Assembly (NCBI GenBank): GCA_964016885.1 | Contig: OZ024746.1 | Location: 19,530,001 to 19,594,000, forward strand | DNA from: Eledone cirrhosa | Lineage: Eukaryota | DNA length: 64,000 bases | Direction: 5' to 3' | Shown: positions 26,050 through 40,674 of the stretch, one piece after another | How the letters are laid out: every line of letters begins with the position of its first letter | Position numbering within the stretch: the first letter of the stretch is position 1 | The notes under the pieces: model-generated | The model's database searches: none | Seen by the model: only the letters and a program-made list of their open reading frames with translations | What the model was told of the DNA's origin: nothing | Program-made: the position numbers and the translations under genes

Positions 26050-28100
26050 TATTTCCTACATTTGTGACAAAGCCAACAATTTTTGGAGGTGGGGAAAGTC
26101 GATTAAAAGTACGTTACTGGTACTTTATTTTATCGACCCCATATAGATGAAAGGCAAAGCAAACCTCCACGGGATTTGAACTCAAAACGGAAAGGGACGT
26201 AACTATATACCGTAAAGCATGTTGTCCGATGTTCTACTGATATTGCCAGTCCATGCCTGTAAAATAATGGTTCCGATTTAGGCACAGAGCCAACAACTTT
26301 TTTTTTTTGGGGGGGGGGGGGGGTCAATTAAATTGACCCCAGTACATTACTGGTACTTTATTTTATCGAGCCCCCGTAAAGATGAAAGGCAAAGTTAACC
26401 TGGGTGGTATTTTAACTCAGAATGTAAAGAGCTATAACAAATACCACAAAACATTCATCCAATGCTCTAACGATTCTACCAATGATGATGATGATGCAAT
26501 AGTACTAACGGTTTCTTATATAGGCACAAGGTCAGCAATTTGGGGGGAGGGGAAAGTCGATTAAATGGACTCCAGTGCGTTACTGGTACTTTATTTTATG
26601 GACCTCGTAAGGATGATAGGCAAAGTTAACCCCGGTGGGATTTGAACTCAGATCATAAAGGGCCGTAACTCTATGCTGCAAAGCATGGCGTCTGACCCTC
26701 TACCGATACTGCCAATTCCCCAATGGAAATAGTTATAATGCATGCATCAATGGTCCCGTAACTCCTGATGGAGTCGGGCCACCATATTGACATATCCTAC
26801 TTCTGAGTAACAGCTCTTCATTTGTAGCCTCTGTAATGTCTCCGCATTTCTGTTATATTTCAAGTATTGTATGTATGTTCTTGTAACTCCCGTGGGAGTC
26901 GTACGTAGAGGTGCCGTAGGGACATACGACGATTCTTGGACACTTCTTAAACCTGGCGGAGCCCATCTCCTCTCGAGGTCTGAATACAACAGATTTCTTC
27001 GATAGAAAGATAGAAAGTGAGAGAATAGAAGTGAGAAAGAAACATAGAGAAAGAATCGATTCCAGTACAGCACTGGTACTTTTTTTTATCGACCTTGAAA
27101 GAATGTAAGACAAAATTGACCTTGGCGGGATTTGAACTCAGAAAGTAGAGAACCGAAACGAATACCACAAAGTATTCTATCAGACGTTCTAACGATTCTG
27201 ATGATCAAATAATAATTGTTTCTACTTTTAGCACAAGGCCAGCAATTATTCCAGTGTATTACTGGTACTTTATTTTATCGACCCCGTAAGCATGAAAGGC
27301 AAAGTTAACCCTGGCGGGATTTGAACTCAGACTATAATTCCGCCAAGGTTAACTTTGTCTTTCATCCTTACGGTGTCGATAAAATAAAGTACCAGTAATA
27401 CACTTGGATAATTGCTGGCCTTGTGCCAAAAGTAGAAACAATTATTATTTCATCATCAGAATCGTTAGAACGTCTGATAGAATACTTTGTGGATGAAATA
27501 ATAATAATTGTTTCTACTTTTGGCACAAGGCCAGCAATTATCTCAGTGTATTTCTGGTACTTTATTTTATCGACCCCGTAAGGATAAAAGGCAAAGTTAA
27601 CCTCGGCGGGTTTTGAACTCAGTCCGTAAAGGGACGTAACTGCGCTGCAAAGCATGGCGTCCGACCCTCTACCGATACTGCCAATTCACCGCCCTTAAGA
27701 AATAATAATTATTTCTACTTTAGGCACAAGGCCAGCAAATTACCCAGTACATTACTGGTACTTTATTTTATCGACTCCTTAAGGATGAAAGGCAAAGTTA
27801 ACCTCGGCGGGTTTTGAACTCAGTCCGTAAAGGGACGTAACTGTGCTGCAAAGCATGGCATCCGACCCTCTACCGATACTGCCAATTCACCGCCCTTAAG
27901 AAATAATAATTATTGTTTCTAGTTTTGGCACAAGGGCAGCAAATTACCCAGTGTATTACTGGTACTTTATTTTATCAACCCCATAAGGATGAAAGGCAAA
28001 GTTAACCTCGGCGGGATTTGAACTCAGAATGGCAAGGGCCGTAACTCTATACGTCAAAGCATGGCGTCCGTCCCTCTACCGTTACTGCCAATCCACCGAT
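26050..28100 (-). mobile_element. Cluster of about 9 Deu/Nin-like SINE copies, mostly head-to-tail
   Basis: Repeated ctggtactttattttatcgacccc..aggatgaaaggcaaagttaacc..gatttgaactcag units, for example 27500-27695, 27700-27895, 27908-28098. Confidence 0.88.
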
Positions 28101-28773
28101 AATAATAATGACAAAGGATAAGTAAATAAATAAATAAATAAATAGATGAGTATTCCAACCTCCTAACCTATACCTATCAACGCCAAATACTATTGTTTTA
28201 GATGTAAATTAACTCTTAAGAGGCGGGTGATGTTGGTGGAGGCGGGTGATGTTGGCGGGGGCGGGATATAAGTGGTGGTGGTGGTTGGGGAAGGTTAGAT
28301 GAGCAACAATCTGATGTACCACATCACAAATATATATTTGTTACGGCTGTGGGAAGGACGGGGTTGTGGCTAGGTGGAGGAAAATTCTATTCTTTATGGC
28401 AGATGCCTTCATCTTTGGTTTCAACATGACGCTAGATAGTCAGTCGCAGAGCAGGGATGAAATGTTGGTGAGATGGTGGCGAGGTCGGTGGGGTGGAGGG
28501 TATATATAAATGGTTATGATATGATGGTGGTTATTGTGAAATTGGAAGTGTTTGTGATGGTATGGAAACATAACCACACAACTACACACACACGCGCACA
28601 TACACGCGCGCACACACAGAACTACACACACACGCGCGCACACACAGAACTACACACACACACGCGCGCACACAGACACAACTGCACACACACACACACT
28701 CATAAACAGACAATAACTCCGCTTATATCAAAGAACATAATTTTTCTGACAAAGATTTATGACTAGTTTCTCC

Positions 28774-28940
<167 letters not shown>

Positions 28941-29290
28941 TCTCTCTCTCCATCTCCTTTTTTTCTCTGTGTATATCATCTTTATATAAATGACAGCATG
29001 TGTGTGTGTATGCGTGTATGTGAAAGTGTGTGTATATGAAAGTTTGTGTGTGTGTATGAAAGTGTGTGCGTGTATGCGAAAGTGTGTGTGCGCGTGTATG
29101 TGAAAGTGTGTATGTGAAAATGTGTGTGTATGTGAAAATGTGTGTGTATGTGAAAGTGTGTGTATGTGAAAGTGTGTGTATGTGAAAGTGTGTGTGTATG
29201 TGAAAATGTGTGCGTGCGCGTGTATGTGAAAGTATGTGTGTGTGCGCGTGTATGTGAAAGTATGTGTGTACATAACTGTGCGTAGTATTT

Positions 29291-30234
29291 CCAGTGATGA
29301 GTACTCTACCAGTGACGAGTACTCTACCAGTGATGAGTACTCTACCAGTGATGAGTACTCTACCAGTGACGAGTACTCTGCCAGTGACGCATACTCTACC
29401 AGTGATGAGTACTCTACCAGTGATGAGTACTCTACCAGTGACGAGTACTCTACCAGTGATGAGTACTCTACCAGTGACGAGTACTCTACCAGTGATGAGT
29501 ACTCTACCAGTGACGAGTACTCTACCAGTGACGATTACTCTACCAGTGATGAGTACTCTACCAGTGACGAGTACTCTACCAGTGATGAGTACTCTACCAG
29601 TGATGAGTACTCTACCAGTGACGAGTACTCTGCCAGTGACGCATACTCTACCAGTGATGAGTACTCTACCAGTGATGAGTACTCTACCAGTGATGAGTAC
29701 TCTACCAGTGATGAGTACTCTACCAGTGATGAGTACTCTACCAGTGACGAGTACTCTGCCAGTGACGCATACTCTACCAGTGATGAGTACTCTACCAGTG
29801 ACGAGTACTCTACCAGTGATGAGTACTCTACCAGTGACGAGTACTCTACCAGTGACGAGTACTCTGCCAGTGACGCATACTCTACCAGTGATGAGTACTC
29901 TACCAGTGATGAGTACTCTACCAGTGACGAGTACTCTACCAGTGATGAGTACTCTACCAGTGACGAGTACTCTACCAGTGATGAGTACTCTATCAGTGAC
30001 GAGTACTCTACCAGTGATGAGTACTCTACCAGTGATGAGTACTCTACCAGTGATGAGTACTCTATCAGTGACGAGTACTCTACAAGTGACGAGTACTCTA
30101 CCAGTGATGAGTACTCTACCAGTGACGAGTACTCTACCAGTGACGAGTACTCTACCAGTGATGAGTACTCTGCCAGTGACGCATACTCTACCAGTGATGA
30201 GTACTCTACCAGTGATGAGTACTCTACCAGTGAT
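29291..30234. repeat. 18-bp minisatellite, about 52 copies
   Basis: Unit ccagtga(t/c)gagtactcta containing palindrome GAGTACTC; recurring variant gccagtgacgcatactcta. Confidence 0.97.
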
Positions 30235-31339
30235 GTTTTCTATTAGCAGAAAAATCATGGAGAGCACATGTAGCAAATAAATCATTCCACGATTCCCACC
30301 TTCACCTTTCTGACATCATAAGGCGTAGGAGGAGGCTCACATCAGCTGTACGTGTGAAACGTCACAATAAACCTGCTGGTGGAGTTCTATTCTGGAAACC
30401 TGATGTGTGCAGACGAGTTAGGAGCCCAACCATCACACTGAAGGATGTTCTTGAAGATGACACCAGGTTGGTGGAAGGCAAACCTGTCACCTCTCCCCGC
30501 CCGACAGGGAGATCTCCCACCCACTTTGAAGTGGGTGAGAGATGTTTTCTCATGTGAAAATGGGTATAGCTTTCATTGTGTAAAATCTCCTAATTTTGCC
30601 TCATTTCTCCTCGATTTGGGGCAATTTTTTTCATGGTACTCCCCGTTTTGGTTTTTAGAAGTTGCCAGGTCTGGGTAGGGGAACTTCGGACGGCAATGCT
30701 GGACAAGGTGAGCTGGAGAAGGAACTTCGTCATGGTACCGGTAATGGCTATATAGAAGAAGAAGAAGAAGAAGAAGAAGAAGAAGAAGAAGAAGAAGAAG
30801 AAGAAGAAGAAGAAGAAGAAGAAGAAGAAGAAGAAGAAGAAAGCGAAGAAGAAGAAGAGTACTCTAACCAATGAGATTGCCGGGGTGGGGGGCATCAATA
30901 AATAAACTTTGTCTTCATATTGTTGCTGCTTTTTAACTCCCAGTCAACCCCTGAACAAACAGACCTATGATGATCAAAAGCATTGGCCACATTATGCAAT
31001 GTGCCCTTTTCTGAGACGACAGAGGTGTGATTTGAGGGAGATTTGACTGCTATTTATATCGTATTGTGTTACTAAGCTCCTGGTAGGCTAAGTCTGTGTT
31101 GAAACTATTATTCCCGGATGAACCGTTTTTTATGACCTACACATCGTACCTTCAATCAAAAGTTCTATGACCAAAACTGTTCCAGCTGTTACCGTCCCAT
31201 ATTTTTTTAGACATTGTGTAACTAGGATCACAGTATTTAATGTGCTCTTCGTTTAAAAAAAAAAGTGTATAGTTTGAAGGACCCCCATGTATTTTTTTTA
31301 TTTTTTATTTACAATAGTTTATAACTTTGCCTATTAATC

Positions 31340-31545
31340 CGTATGGTGAGCAAATGGGGTCCCACGTATTGGCCTCCCCACAGCCCCGGCGGACAGGATG
31401 AAGAAGGCGTTTCCCAGGCTCCAACAACTTCAGACCCTCACGAGCCGACTGGGGCTTGATCGACGGCCACCCAGCTCTCTTCCTGTTGAGGAACTGCTTC
31501 GCCATGCCGAAGCTCCTCTACACCCTTCGCATCTCTCCTCGCTGA
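31340..31545 (+). mobile_element. CRE-like non-LTR retrotransposon RT fragment
   Basis: GC-rich island translating to IDGHPALFLLRNCFAMPKLLYTLRISP, recognisable as a CRE-type RT thumb motif. Confidence 0.55.
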
Positions 31546-33259
31546 CCTCGATACTTGTATCACTGCTATAGTGAGAAGGCACGTGATTTAGTGCTTAGGG
31601 AATTGGATTCTCAATCATGTTATTGCTAGTTTGATTCCTGTACCAGGAGATAATATCAGCAATTAGAAAGACCTATGGAAACATTGTTTCCTTGGTCCTG
31701 TTTGACGAGGCCCATCCCATTTGGTGAACGAGTGAAGTCTGGAATCTTTTCAATCGTTTTATTCTTCACTGCTATTTCTTGTTAGTCAATCAACCGTACA
31801 GAATCTCCCTCGTTGCTTCTACGTGTAAACAATCCTTGATCATGGTTCAACGATCCACTAAGGGTTTAAACAAATATTTTCATATTCAATATGTCTATGA
31901 CGAGTTAGCTTTGCTAAGTCCATCTCTCTGCTACCTTATACTGAGGAGTCAAACTCAGCATTATAAGGTTATGAGGCTAATGAAGTTAATGAAGCTAATG
32001 TCTCGACTGCTTATGGCACTGAACTGTTCTGAATTAATGGTTTCTGATTTAGGCACGAGGCCAGCAATTTTAGAGCGTCGGACTTGCTTCGCGGCATATA
32101 GTTACGTCCTTTTATGTTCTGAGTTAGAATCCCACCGAGGTTAGCTTTGCTTTTCATCTTTATAGGTGTCGATAAAATAAAGTACTAGTAATATACTGAT
32201 GTCGGTTTAATCAACTTTCCTCTCCCGCCAAAATTTATTGGCCTTGTGCCTAAATCAGAAACCATTTTATTGCTGATTTGATTTAAAATCCTTCTTTTGT
32301 TAACATAAATTATTCAAAGATTTGAACATCGTTTAAAACCTCATATTGACGAATAAATAATTGTATTTGTACTCAACAGGTGCCTCTTTCTTTTTTTTTA
32401 TTTTGTTCACTTTTCGTCAATATCAAAATTGAGCGGGTATGGGGTATGCATAAAATTTGGCCGAAGACTTAAAACGTGCATGAATGCACGGTAAATGTGG
32501 GGTCATTGCTTCCGTTTATCTAGTAATTATTTTTTCCAGCCTGTGGCGTTCAAAACATTTAATGGGGTTGAGTCGCTGACAGCGACGTTCTTGTCATCGC
32601 TGGCGGCTTACTGAGACATCAGGTGATACCTGTGAGGGTACCTGGTTGTTTCACCTTAGCCTCGCCATCACCCGTGGTAATGTTGGTGGTGAATTGATGG
32701 TTGTTTGCGTTTTTGTTTTTGTTTCCCCTTTTTTTTCTTTCTCTCTTCTGTTTTGGATATGTTTAAAGTAGGTTTATAAGTATGAATTTCCATACTGTTT
32801 TCGTAGTTGTCTCAGTGGACTAGTGGTAGGTACTAGAGACGGTGGAGATCGTGGTCTTAGGTTCAATCCTGTTTGAGAGGTGCATGTAATCTTTTTCAGT
32901 TTTTATTTTACAACCCATAGAAAAAAATTGGAAAGCTTTACCGGGAACCATACTCTTGACCAGGATCGAACTTCAGACCTGGCCCACCACTGTCTATGAC
33001 TCCCACAACTAGGCCGCAGAGACAACTACAAAAGTACGATGAAAATTAATAATTATAAACCTACTTTCAAAATCAAAGTTAAAATGATGTGGTCTCTTTC
33101 ATGGCTTTCCTAGAGTTATTAATCATATCTAGGGTCGACTTGTCAATTTTGTGGCTCTTTGGTAACAAACTTATTATTCCTGTGTGTGTTTAACTGTAGA
33201 ATTAATTTAATTTGATTATTTTAACAAACAAATATATATATGTATATATATATATAGTG

Positions 33260-33380
33260 AAGGCGTGTGGCGGAGTGGTTAGAGAATTGGATTCGCAATC
33301 GTAAGGTTGTGAGTTCGATTCCTGGACCAGGCGATGCGTTATGTCCTTGAGCAAGAGACTTTATTTCACGTTGCTTCTTC
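33260..33380 (+). mobile_element. tRNA-derived CORE-type SINE
   Basis: GGCGTGTGGCGGAGTGGTTAG (A box), GAGTTCGATTCC (B box), then tgtccttgagcaagagactttatttcac CORE-like segment; related copies near 15480-15700, 49325-49555, 51290-51400 and 53620-53730. Confidence 0.75.
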
Positions 33381-33471
33381 TACCTGGAGTTGCGACCGAT
33401 AGATAGTATTAGCAATTGGAAAGACCAACGGAAACATTGTTTCCTCGATCCGATTTGACGAAAGTCGATCG

Positions 33472-33517
<46 letters not shown>

Positions 33518-33927
33518 TAGTAGCTAAGATGCTTCCATAGGCCGTATATCGGTTGAGCATTCTATGCTCTTACAGAGCAGAGTATGATAGAATAGAAAAC
33601 GAAAAATCAGTGACGCATCTGAACTCAATTTATTGTGTGTTACAATTGTTTCCCTGGCGGACAGCTCGAGACGCGATCATTGTACACACATATATATATA
33701 TATATTAAAATACAAATATTAATAAAATAGATGTTCTTGTGATCAATTAAATTTTATTATACATATTTCAGAGGTACACCAGTACGTCCTCATCAGATAA
33801 AATAAAATGATACATGACATACCCTGAGATGTTAAATGGTTAACTGGAAAATATTTTTTGTAGAGTGCTTCCAATCTACTGTAAAACTCATTCTTTGATG
33901 TACTCATTGAATCTTGTTTAACTCTTT

Positions 33928-34015
<88 letters not shown>

Positions 34016-34435
34016 TGCAGTGGTGGACTGGCCAGGTTGCCCAATGGCAAGTGGTCCCAAGGGGGCCTACGGTAGCATTGCAGGGATCCACAGTAGCATT
34101 GCAGGGCCTACTGTAGTATTTTAGGGGCCATTGCTTAGCTTTCAAAAAATACCTGAAGTGTAAGAGGGGGAATAATTTTTTTTAAAATAAAACAATTAAG
34201 CAAAGCATTTGGTCAACCAATTCCCCAGGGAATTACTAGAAACCAAAACATACAATAGTACAAATAGCTTGAATCATTGATTGTACATTCTACTAAATCT
34301 AAAGCTTAGTGTATTCATTCATGCATGAGAACATACAATGTATAGACACAGACACACAACTCACTGCAGTCCGAGCTAAAGATCCGCATAGGGTGAAACA
34401 ATTGTTCTCGGTATGGTGAACTAACTGTTGTGTTA

Positions 34436-35154
<719 letters not shown>

Positions 35155-35247
35155 CCCACCACCACCCCACTCTCAAGAGCGTGAAACTAATAAACCTTTG
35201 TTCGTACTGCCTCTCTGTTTTGTTCCCGTTCAATTTTTTACTACTAC

Positions 35248-35324
<77 letters not shown>

Positions 35325-35325
<1 letters not shown>

Positions 35326-35439
35326 CGAAGGAAATGTGGTAAGGAACCAGGTGGGCCATGACGCACCAAAGTACTCAATACTTAGGGTAGTAGAGTGGGT
35401 AATAGGAGAAAGTATGACCCCCATACTTTCATACTTTCT

Positions 35440-35441
<2 letters not shown>
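35325..35441 (-). mobile_element. TA-embedded family B element with short fold-back
   Basis: Family B terminus, then aggagaaagtatga / tcatactttctcct inverted arm, (TA)n on both sides. Confidence 0.75.
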
Positions 35442-35480
<39 letters not shown>

Positions 35481-35678
35481 ACACCCTCACGGGATAGCTC
35501 AAAGGTCTCGCACCATACATTTATCACATCTAGTCACAAAAATAACTAATGTGAAAATATTATAGCAAAGTGTTATTTTACTGGTGCGTGACTTTTGCTC
35601 CACTCTGTATATATGTGTGTGTGTATAAATATATACACATATATACATAAATACATACATACATACATACATACATAC

Positions 35679-35709
<31 letters not shown>

Positions 35710-36338
35710 CATACATGGTGGCTGCCAACTCGTTTTCGAGTACGGCCACTACTTTATATCCATGTAGGAGAACCCCTACCGATGCGCTGAACGAGTGTGA
35801 CTTTTAGTCCAGCCAGCGACTTGAAAACTCTGGTACAAACACTACACTTGTGACAATTATTGACACATAGTGCTGGGTCCATGGTACCATGTGACGACAA
35901 GTGCAGAGAGATCTCCAGATATAAAGCAATGCCTGTGCCGTGAAGCTTTTATAGTGAGCAAAGGCACTGCACAAAGCCAGTCCCACTCTCTTAACCAAGA
36001 TTATATTTACCAAAAATAAGAACAAGTCAACATCATTGGATACCATCAGGGTTGCAGGTGTTATATCAGAGTTTTCCTTCTCCTAGAATTCTGCCTTAAC
36101 AAAGGCTAAGGGGTCATCTCTCCCGGTGATTTTGGATGGCCATTGACTCTTAAGAGCTCCTTTGCTCTTTGACAGGTTTTGTTTTTAGTCCTGCAGGATG
36201 TCCAAAGTCACCCTCCTCACCAAGAAACCTTGGTGGAGTTGCCAGTTTAGTCGCCAACGACCCGACCATGAGACAGGTTGTACTGGGATACATGTTACCA
36301 GTAGCACCAACTGGTGACCTGACATACATACATACATT

Positions 36339-36372
<34 letters not shown>

Positions 36373-37350
36373 CTTTTGAGATATCCTTGGAAGATTCAGC
36401 AATATTACTGGAAGCCGAACTAATTCCTCTCAAAATGAGTATTTAAGTGAGCGTGAGTGCATGATTCTGTGTGTGCGTGTGTGTGTATTTGTGTGTGCAT
36501 GTGTATGTGTGAGAGTGCGTTTATGTTGTATGTACGTACGAATGTGCGTGTATATGTGTGAAAGTGGGTGTGTATGTGTGTGTACGTGCGAATGTGCGTG
36601 TGTGAGAGAATGAGTGCATGTGAATGAGTGAGTGAGCGAGCGAGCGAGCGCGCGTATGTGTCTCTGTGTGTGTGTGGGTGCGTATGTGTGTGTGTCTCTG
36701 TATGCGCATGTATTTGTGTGTGTCCCTGTATGCGCTTGTATTTGTGTGCGTGTGTGTGTGTATGTGTGTGTGTCTCTCTCTCTATGCGCATGTATGTGTG
36801 TGTGTGCATGCGTATGTGTGTGTGTGTGTGTGTGCATGCGTATGTGTGTGTGTATGTGTGCATGCGTATGTGTGTGTGTATGTGTGCATGCGTATGTGTA
36901 TGTGTATGTGTATGTGTGCATGTGTGTGTGTGTGTGTGTGTGCATGGGTATGTGTGTGTGTATGTGTGCATGCGTATGCGTATGTGTATGTGTATGTGTG
37001 CATGTGTGTGTGTGTGTGCATGCGTATGTGTGTGTGTATGTGTGCATGCGTATGTGTGTGTGTATGTGTGCATGCGTATGTGTATGTGTATGTGTATGTG
37101 TGCATGTGTGTGTGTGTGTGTGTGTGCTGAATCAGTACAGGAATGGATATGTCTAATTATGGATGTTACATATGTTCCAATTTAACACCGTACAACTTTC
37201 ATTAATGATCTTAACCTAGTAATCTGTAACCTAATACATAATCTCCCAGTCTCTGTTAGTCGCCTAAGGGGCTGTAAAGGTTCTATCAGATCGTCTGCCT
37301 CTACCTTGCTTTATCAGATCCGTTATTTCACTTTCATTTGACTACATTAC

Positions 37351-37381
<31 letters not shown>

Positions 37382-37762
37382 CTTCTTCTCCTCCTCCTCC
37401 TCCTCCTCTTCCTTCTTCGCCCACTTATTTCCTGAGTGGGTCGGGGGGGGGGGGGGGGGTTCCTGAAACACTCCTTCCAGCGTGCTCTGCCTGAAGCAGC
37501 CATCATCAATTGATCCGAGACTGGATCCCCAAGCGAGACCAGCCGAGTTAATAGATTTTGTATTGCTTTTCTCCAACTAAATAATTGTTTCTACTATTGG
37601 CACAAGGCCAGCAATCACGCCAGTGCATTACTGGTACTTTATTTTATCGACCCCGAAAGGATGAAAGGCAAAGATAACCTCGGCGGGATAATGCAGAATA
37701 GACAGCCATGCCCATCAAAAGAACATTCATTTTGTACAGCTTTCATGATAATGTACATGTTA

Positions 37763-37845
<83 letters not shown>

Positions 37846-38008
37846 GGTGGGGAGAGAGAGGGGGGAAAGTCTGGGGAAGAGAGTGAGAGAATGCGCAGTA
37901 CTGAGACTGGAGGGACCACTAATCATGGGACTACTCAATTCTTGGGGATATGCAAAGTGGGTATAGAGATAGGTAAAATCCCGACTGCGGCACCAAGCGG
38001 TATATATA

Positions 38009-38081
<73 letters not shown>

Positions 38082-38124
38082 TTATCATCATCATTTTACG
38101 TCCGCTTTTCCCTGCTTGTAGATA

Positions 38125-39237
38125 TCTACTATATAAATTGGAAGTGGTCGGACGTTGTATATTTAAGTTTAAGTAAGTAAGTAAGTGTAGTCGGATAAAC
38201 GTCGAAACGGCTTGGTGGAATGCAGCGAAAATTTACACAGTTATGCAGAATGACCCGGGGAGGCGTTGGGTCGACTTTTAGGGTACAAGCTTGCATGGTT
38301 ACGGAGAAAATCGATGAAACAGGAATTTCTCATTCAAATTGAACTGAGAGTAATCTGTGAACGCAGAAGTAAATATTTCGAGAAACGTTCCAACCGAACG
38401 AAAACAGGAAGACGATATTTTGGTTCGTGAAGACGTTCCCTGGCAATGAACGGAAACAAAAGCGAGGATAATACGTCGTTATGTGGAGCGAGAAGAACAA
38501 TTTCATGCAAAGACAAGACCAAGTTTATGGTATAAATGGAGTCGTTAGACTAATATTCTATTTAACATAACAGAATGATTTCCAGCCCCGGAGTTTAAGA
38601 ATGATGTAAATAAAATTTAAAACGAAAATGACAGAGGTTATTAAAATAGTAAAAGTAAATAGTGAAGATTTAGGCCAGTACATACGTATACCCCGACGGA
38701 CATACACATACATACGCACACACAAATACATACCTCCCACCCACACACACACACAAACACACAAACACTCACACACACACAAGAGCGCGCGCGTGTATAA
38801 ACCTTATGCATTTCTACAGTATTTTCACCAAACTTAAGACATAGGTTACTTATGTACTCCAGATGGTCATGGGCACTTTCATTTTTACAGATATTGATTA
38901 TAGTGCCTCCCGGCAGATAACCCCCTTTTACCCCTTTAACCACTTCCTTGGAGTCGGCTGAAGCACTGCAGTGCAATGCAACAAAACGTCATAACTTCTG
39001 GAGTTCGCAACCGATTTTCACAAAACTTGACACATGGGCTACGTTTGTCCTACAGATGAATGTGAACTCTCAGAATTGGCACATATTGAGTAGGGGATCC
39101 CTGGGGGCAGTAACCCTCTTTTGGAAAAAGCCGATGATTTTGTAAAAGTATAGTTTTCGAAGTAGCACTGAAGTATTGACATAAATGGTATACACAACTG
39201 CTATTTAATACCCGAGCAACGCCGGGTACCTCTGCTA

Positions 39238-39238
<1 letters not shown>
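38125..39238 (+). mobile_element. Non-autonomous Helitron-like element
   Basis: A|TCTACTATATAAA start; 3' hairpin acccg-agcaacgc-cgggt then tgCTAG|T; shares an internal segment with 13488-15260. Confidence 0.75.
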
Positions 39239-39276
<38 letters not shown>

Positions 39277-39283
39277 CACACAC

Positions 39284-39329
<46 letters not shown>

Positions 39330-39514
39330 TTGTTTCTACTTTAGGCACAAGGCCAGCAATTACCCAGTGCATTACTGGTACTTTATTTTATCGACCCTGT
39401 AAGGATGAAAGGCAAAGTCAACCTCGGCGGGATTTGAACTCAGATCGTAAAGGGACGTAACTATGCTGGAAAGCATGGCGTCCGACCCTCTACCGATACT
39501 GCCAATCCACCGCC
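39330..39514 (-). mobile_element. Full-length young Deu/Nin-like SINE
   Basis: Intact A and B boxes; one visible difference from the copy at 54383-54561. Confidence 0.88.
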
Positions 39515-39562
39515 GTAGATATATATATATATATACTAGTAGTTGTTTTCTGTTACTCTAGT

Positions 39563-39782
39563 TTAACCCTTTAGCATTTAAACCGGACAATTCTCTCACC
39601 TCTTTCTGTTCAAACTGGCCATAACCAGCAACCCATACTGATGTTAAGGTATTTTTCTGAAAATAAATAATATCAAAATCTCATAGATTCGATATTATAT
39701 GAGATAATTATATAAGATAAAGTCTTTACCGTGAAAATACAATAGTACATATAGAGTTAATGGGTAAATGTTAATGGGTTAA
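39563..39782. mobile_element. piggyBac-like MITE
   Basis: TTAA|CCCTTTAGCATTTA ... TAAATGTTAATGGG|TTAA; copies at 42556-42784, 42942-43150 and 53112-53325 (the last with ATAA duplication). Confidence 0.75.
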
Positions 39783-40372
39783 GAGTTAGAGTAACACTTA
39801 TTGAGGACTGTCTCGCCATACAGTGGTTTCTGACTCGACAAGAGGGTTAGATGAGCTTCTATACATGTCAATGAAACGTGTAAATGTTTTGAAATAAATC
39901 CTATTGCACAGTGTATTGCGAATGTGTGTAAATCTTTATCTAATTATATATATATATGTGTGTGTGTGTGTGCGTTTGCATGCAATTGTTTATGTTGTTG
40001 TTGTTTAGCCTACTGAATAAGTCTTATCAAGCAAATCTATAATCAAAACTATTCCAACCTTTGTATATTTATTATGTGAATATCAGATACATTATTCTTC
40101 AATCTAGTCCTCTTTATTCAAAGTGGTGGGATGTGATTTGAGGGTTTTTTGGTTGTTATTTCTAACACATAGAGATGGTAAGAGCTGGTCCCAAATCATG
40201 AGAATCACAGAGGAGATGACGAAGGAACGCAGCAAGTGACAAGATGCTGTGCTGAGAAGGACCCATTCAATCTATACAAGCATGGAAAAACGGATGTAAA
40301 ACCAATGAGGATGATGATGATGATGATTGGTGAGAACGACCATGTAAAGTCTTTCCTCACTTACACATACAC

Positions 40373-40440
<68 letters not shown>

Positions 40441-40476
40441 AATATTTTTGCAATTATAACACACAAAGGAATTATA

Positions 40477-40674
40477 TGAGGGTAGGCTAAAAAGTTCATA
40501 GGCCAACTATGAAGGAGTGATGCTAGAGCTGTGAAATCTTGCATGCATTAATTTCAACTATTCTTATTAATAACTGCATTGTTTCTTTCCAAGGGTTATG
40601 TTGAAAAATAAACCTCATTTGATCATTCCATGAGAGTATCATGGTCAGTCTATGAACTTTTCAGCCAACCCTCC
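40477..40674. mobile_element. Tc1/mariner-like MITE
   Basis: TIRs gagggtaggctaaaaagttcatagg / tctatgaacttttcagccaaccctc flanked by TA. Confidence 0.7.

Noticed and set aside
33260-33330. tRNA gene candidates here and at other SINE heads
   Set aside because: A and B boxes are present, but no cloverleaf or terminator; they continue into SINE bodies.
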